A stretch of DNA of 7,966 nt, from NCBI RefSeq assembly GCF_006345805.1, contig NW_021828641.1:1-7966 (forward strand), in the 5' to 3' direction. Below are positions 6,420 through 7,966 of the stretch, piece after piece; the first letter of the stretch is position 1; every line of letters starts with the position of its first letter. The DNA comes from Octopus sinensis. Its lineage: Eukaryota. The position numbers were made by a program, and so were the translations under genes. The notes beneath the pieces were generated by a model. That model saw only the letters and a program-made list of their open reading frames with translations, was not told the DNA's origin and made no database searches.

Positions 6420-6537
6420 TTTTCTCTTTCGGTCATGAAGAACAATCACAACGCGCCGTACGGTGGTCCAGGAATCGAACCCAATGATCTAGCGATCGCG
6501 AGCGCAATGTCCTAACTACAAGGCCACGCGCTTTCAC
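6420..6537 (-). mobile_element. Short tRNA-derived SINE (third family), probably internally deleted
   Basis: Minus strand: gtgaaagcgcgTGGCCTTGTAGttagg (A box, 6526-6516) ... GGTTCGATTCC (B box, 6481-6471), then gttgtgattgttcttcatgaccgaaagagaaaag. It has no convincing acceptor stem or cloverleaf, so it is not a functional tRNA. Confidence 0.7.
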
Positions 6538-6653
6538 GTATACTCAATACAAAAATAAATTCTTCCAAGTAAATATAAATCATGATCAGAACTGGTTTAG
6601 TAATTCATGTAGCAAAACAGCCAAACATTAGATCAATAACCATAGCATTCTAC

Positions 6654-6654
<1 letters not shown>

Positions 6655-6684
<30 letters not shown>

Positions 6685-6725
6685 TGTATGTATGTATGTA
6701 TGTATGTATGTATGTATGTATGTAT
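6655..6725. repeat. (TATG)n microsatellite, about 17-18 perfect units
   Basis: Direct reading. Confidence 0.98.
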
Positions 6726-7122
6726 CAGAGGCATTTGACTTCAGAAGCAAAGGCTTAAAGGTTTTATATAGAATATTGCAAAGTTTAAGAGACTTGCCAA
6801 AGATTCACATTCCGCATATGTATTTAAATTTAATACTGATAAAATGAATGTCCAAGATCAAAGGCTTAATAGAAATGCCCAACATGCTTGTCCATTAAAA
6901 GGAAATATCGTCATTTGTCCTAAATAATTGACCTAAAGAAATGCACAAGATTTTTTTTTGGCCAAAATAGAATGTTTGCGCAAGTTAAGGTTAGAAGACA
7001 CTGGTGCAGCAGAGAGGGCTTCAGCGATAAAATACATCCCAAAGATATTGACCAATCAGAACTAGAATTATGTGACACCTGTTCCTTACGAAGCCACTTA
7101 CCGAAGACTTTATTATTGCTTT

Positions 7123-7284
7123 TTGAGTGAGAGAGCCTCGCGTGCCATCAAAGTGACGCTGGGGTACAAATATACGAAGCCCGATATATCCGTCATAACT
7201 ACCCGTCTAATAAGGGTACACGAGGCACATGCATCACAACGATACCGTGATCTCATATCAAGACAAGCAGTACATGACCTTGCA
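7123..7284. repeat. Dispersed repeat fragment, copy 1 (probable retroposon 3' end on the minus strand)
   Basis: Aligns at roughly 75% (by eye) with 7355-7527 in the same orientation: ttgagtgagagagc..atcaaagt..ctggggta..aatatacgaagccc..catcacaac..atcaaga..catgac.ttgca. Confidence 0.8.
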
Positions 7285-7285
7285 A

Positions 7286-7301
7286 TATTGTTATTATATT
7301 A

Positions 7302-7349
<48 letters not shown>

Positions 7350-7354
7350 CATTA
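7286..7354. repeat. (ATT)n microsatellite
   Basis: Direct reading. It separates the two dispersed repeat copies. Confidence 0.97.
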
Positions 7355-7664
7355 TTGAATGAGAGAGCAGTGCATGCTATCAAAGTAATCCTGGGGTAAA
7401 ATATACGAAGCCCGGTATACCCATCATGACTACCCATCTGATAATGGTACACCAGGCAGATACATCACAACCATATGTACCCACCATGGTGACCTTTTAT
7501 CAAGATAAACAACGCATGACATTGCAGGTGTGGGGGGGGGCTAGTTAGAATTTTCTTCAGATCGTGTAGCCCATCTCGCCCAAAAGGCCCTTGTATAAGG
7601 GTTGTTTAAGGACGTTGAACGAAGTACCCATATTTCCAGAGGTGAATTATTCAAACCCCTAAAG
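7355..7664. repeat. Dispersed repeat fragment, copy 2 (longer), abutting an (ATT)n tract
   Basis: Homologous to 7123-7284. Read on the minus strand it ends in ...ctctctcattcAATAATGATAATAAT, as expected for a microsatellite-tailed non-LTR retroposon. Confidence 0.75.
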
Positions 7665-7711
7665 TTGGTGCTCTAGCATGGCCGCAGTCAAACTACTGAA
7701 ACAAATAAAAG

Positions 7712-7712
<1 letters not shown>

Positions 7713-7747
<35 letters not shown>

Positions 7748-7853
7748 TTACATATATATACATATACATTATATACATATACAATATATATATATATTAT
7801 ATATAATATATATATATATATAATATACATGCATATATATATATATATAAATA
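7713..7853. repeat. (CA)n followed by degenerate (TA)n microsatellite
   Basis: Direct reading. Confidence 0.95.
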
Positions 7854-7854
7854 C

Positions 7855-7951
7855 ACGGCGGGTTTTTTCAGTTTCCGTCTTGGAAATCCACTCACAAAGC
7901 TTTGATTCGACCCGAGGTTTGAAACAAACTTCTTACCACGCACGTAACGCC
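7855..7951 (-). mobile_element. SINE family 'A' copy 3, internally deleted head fragment
   Basis: tttcagtttccgtcttggaaatccactcacaaagctttgattcgacccgagg aligns with 1239-1290, then jumps to ttcttaccac..acgcct (about 1365-1392). Confidence 0.8.
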
Positions 7952-7966
7952 TTTTACTTAACCTAA

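Noticed and set aside
6462-6537. Possible tRNA gene
   Set aside because: A and B boxes are present but I could not build acceptor and anticodon stems; it continues into SINE-like body sequence.
7050-7060. NF-Y-type GACCAATCAG motif as the gene's promoter
   Set aside because: A single short motif with no supporting TATA/Inr or transcript evidence; expected by chance in 8 kb.

Overview
AT-rich eukaryotic genomic DNA packed with microsatellites and tRNA-derived SINEs. The repeat landscape looks like a coleoid cephalopod, probably Octopus; this comes from my recall of octopus SINE sequences, not from a search. The only convincing gene is on the minus strand: an uninterrupted reading frame (1676-3052) with no early in-frame ATG, most likely the last coding exon (about 456 aa from an acceptor at 3048). 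It encodes a low-complexity block protein: an Arg/Asp/Tyr polyampholyte, a His/Gly block (about 41 His and 52 Gly in 134 aa), a linker with two C-X10-C pairs and two PPxY motifs, 12 tandem GRRTDD[E/D]N octapeptides, and a basic tail. I do not recognise it as a named family. It is not a reflectin or a Dosidicus-type histidine-rich beak protein by motif. The DNA 5' of the exon (3050-7966) contains SINEs in both orientations, an inverted 35-bp pair, a quasi-palindromic microsatellite, a structured GC-rich segment that could supply a first exon, and retroposon fragments. Nearly all other ORFs in the track are microsatellite or shadow-frame artefacts.
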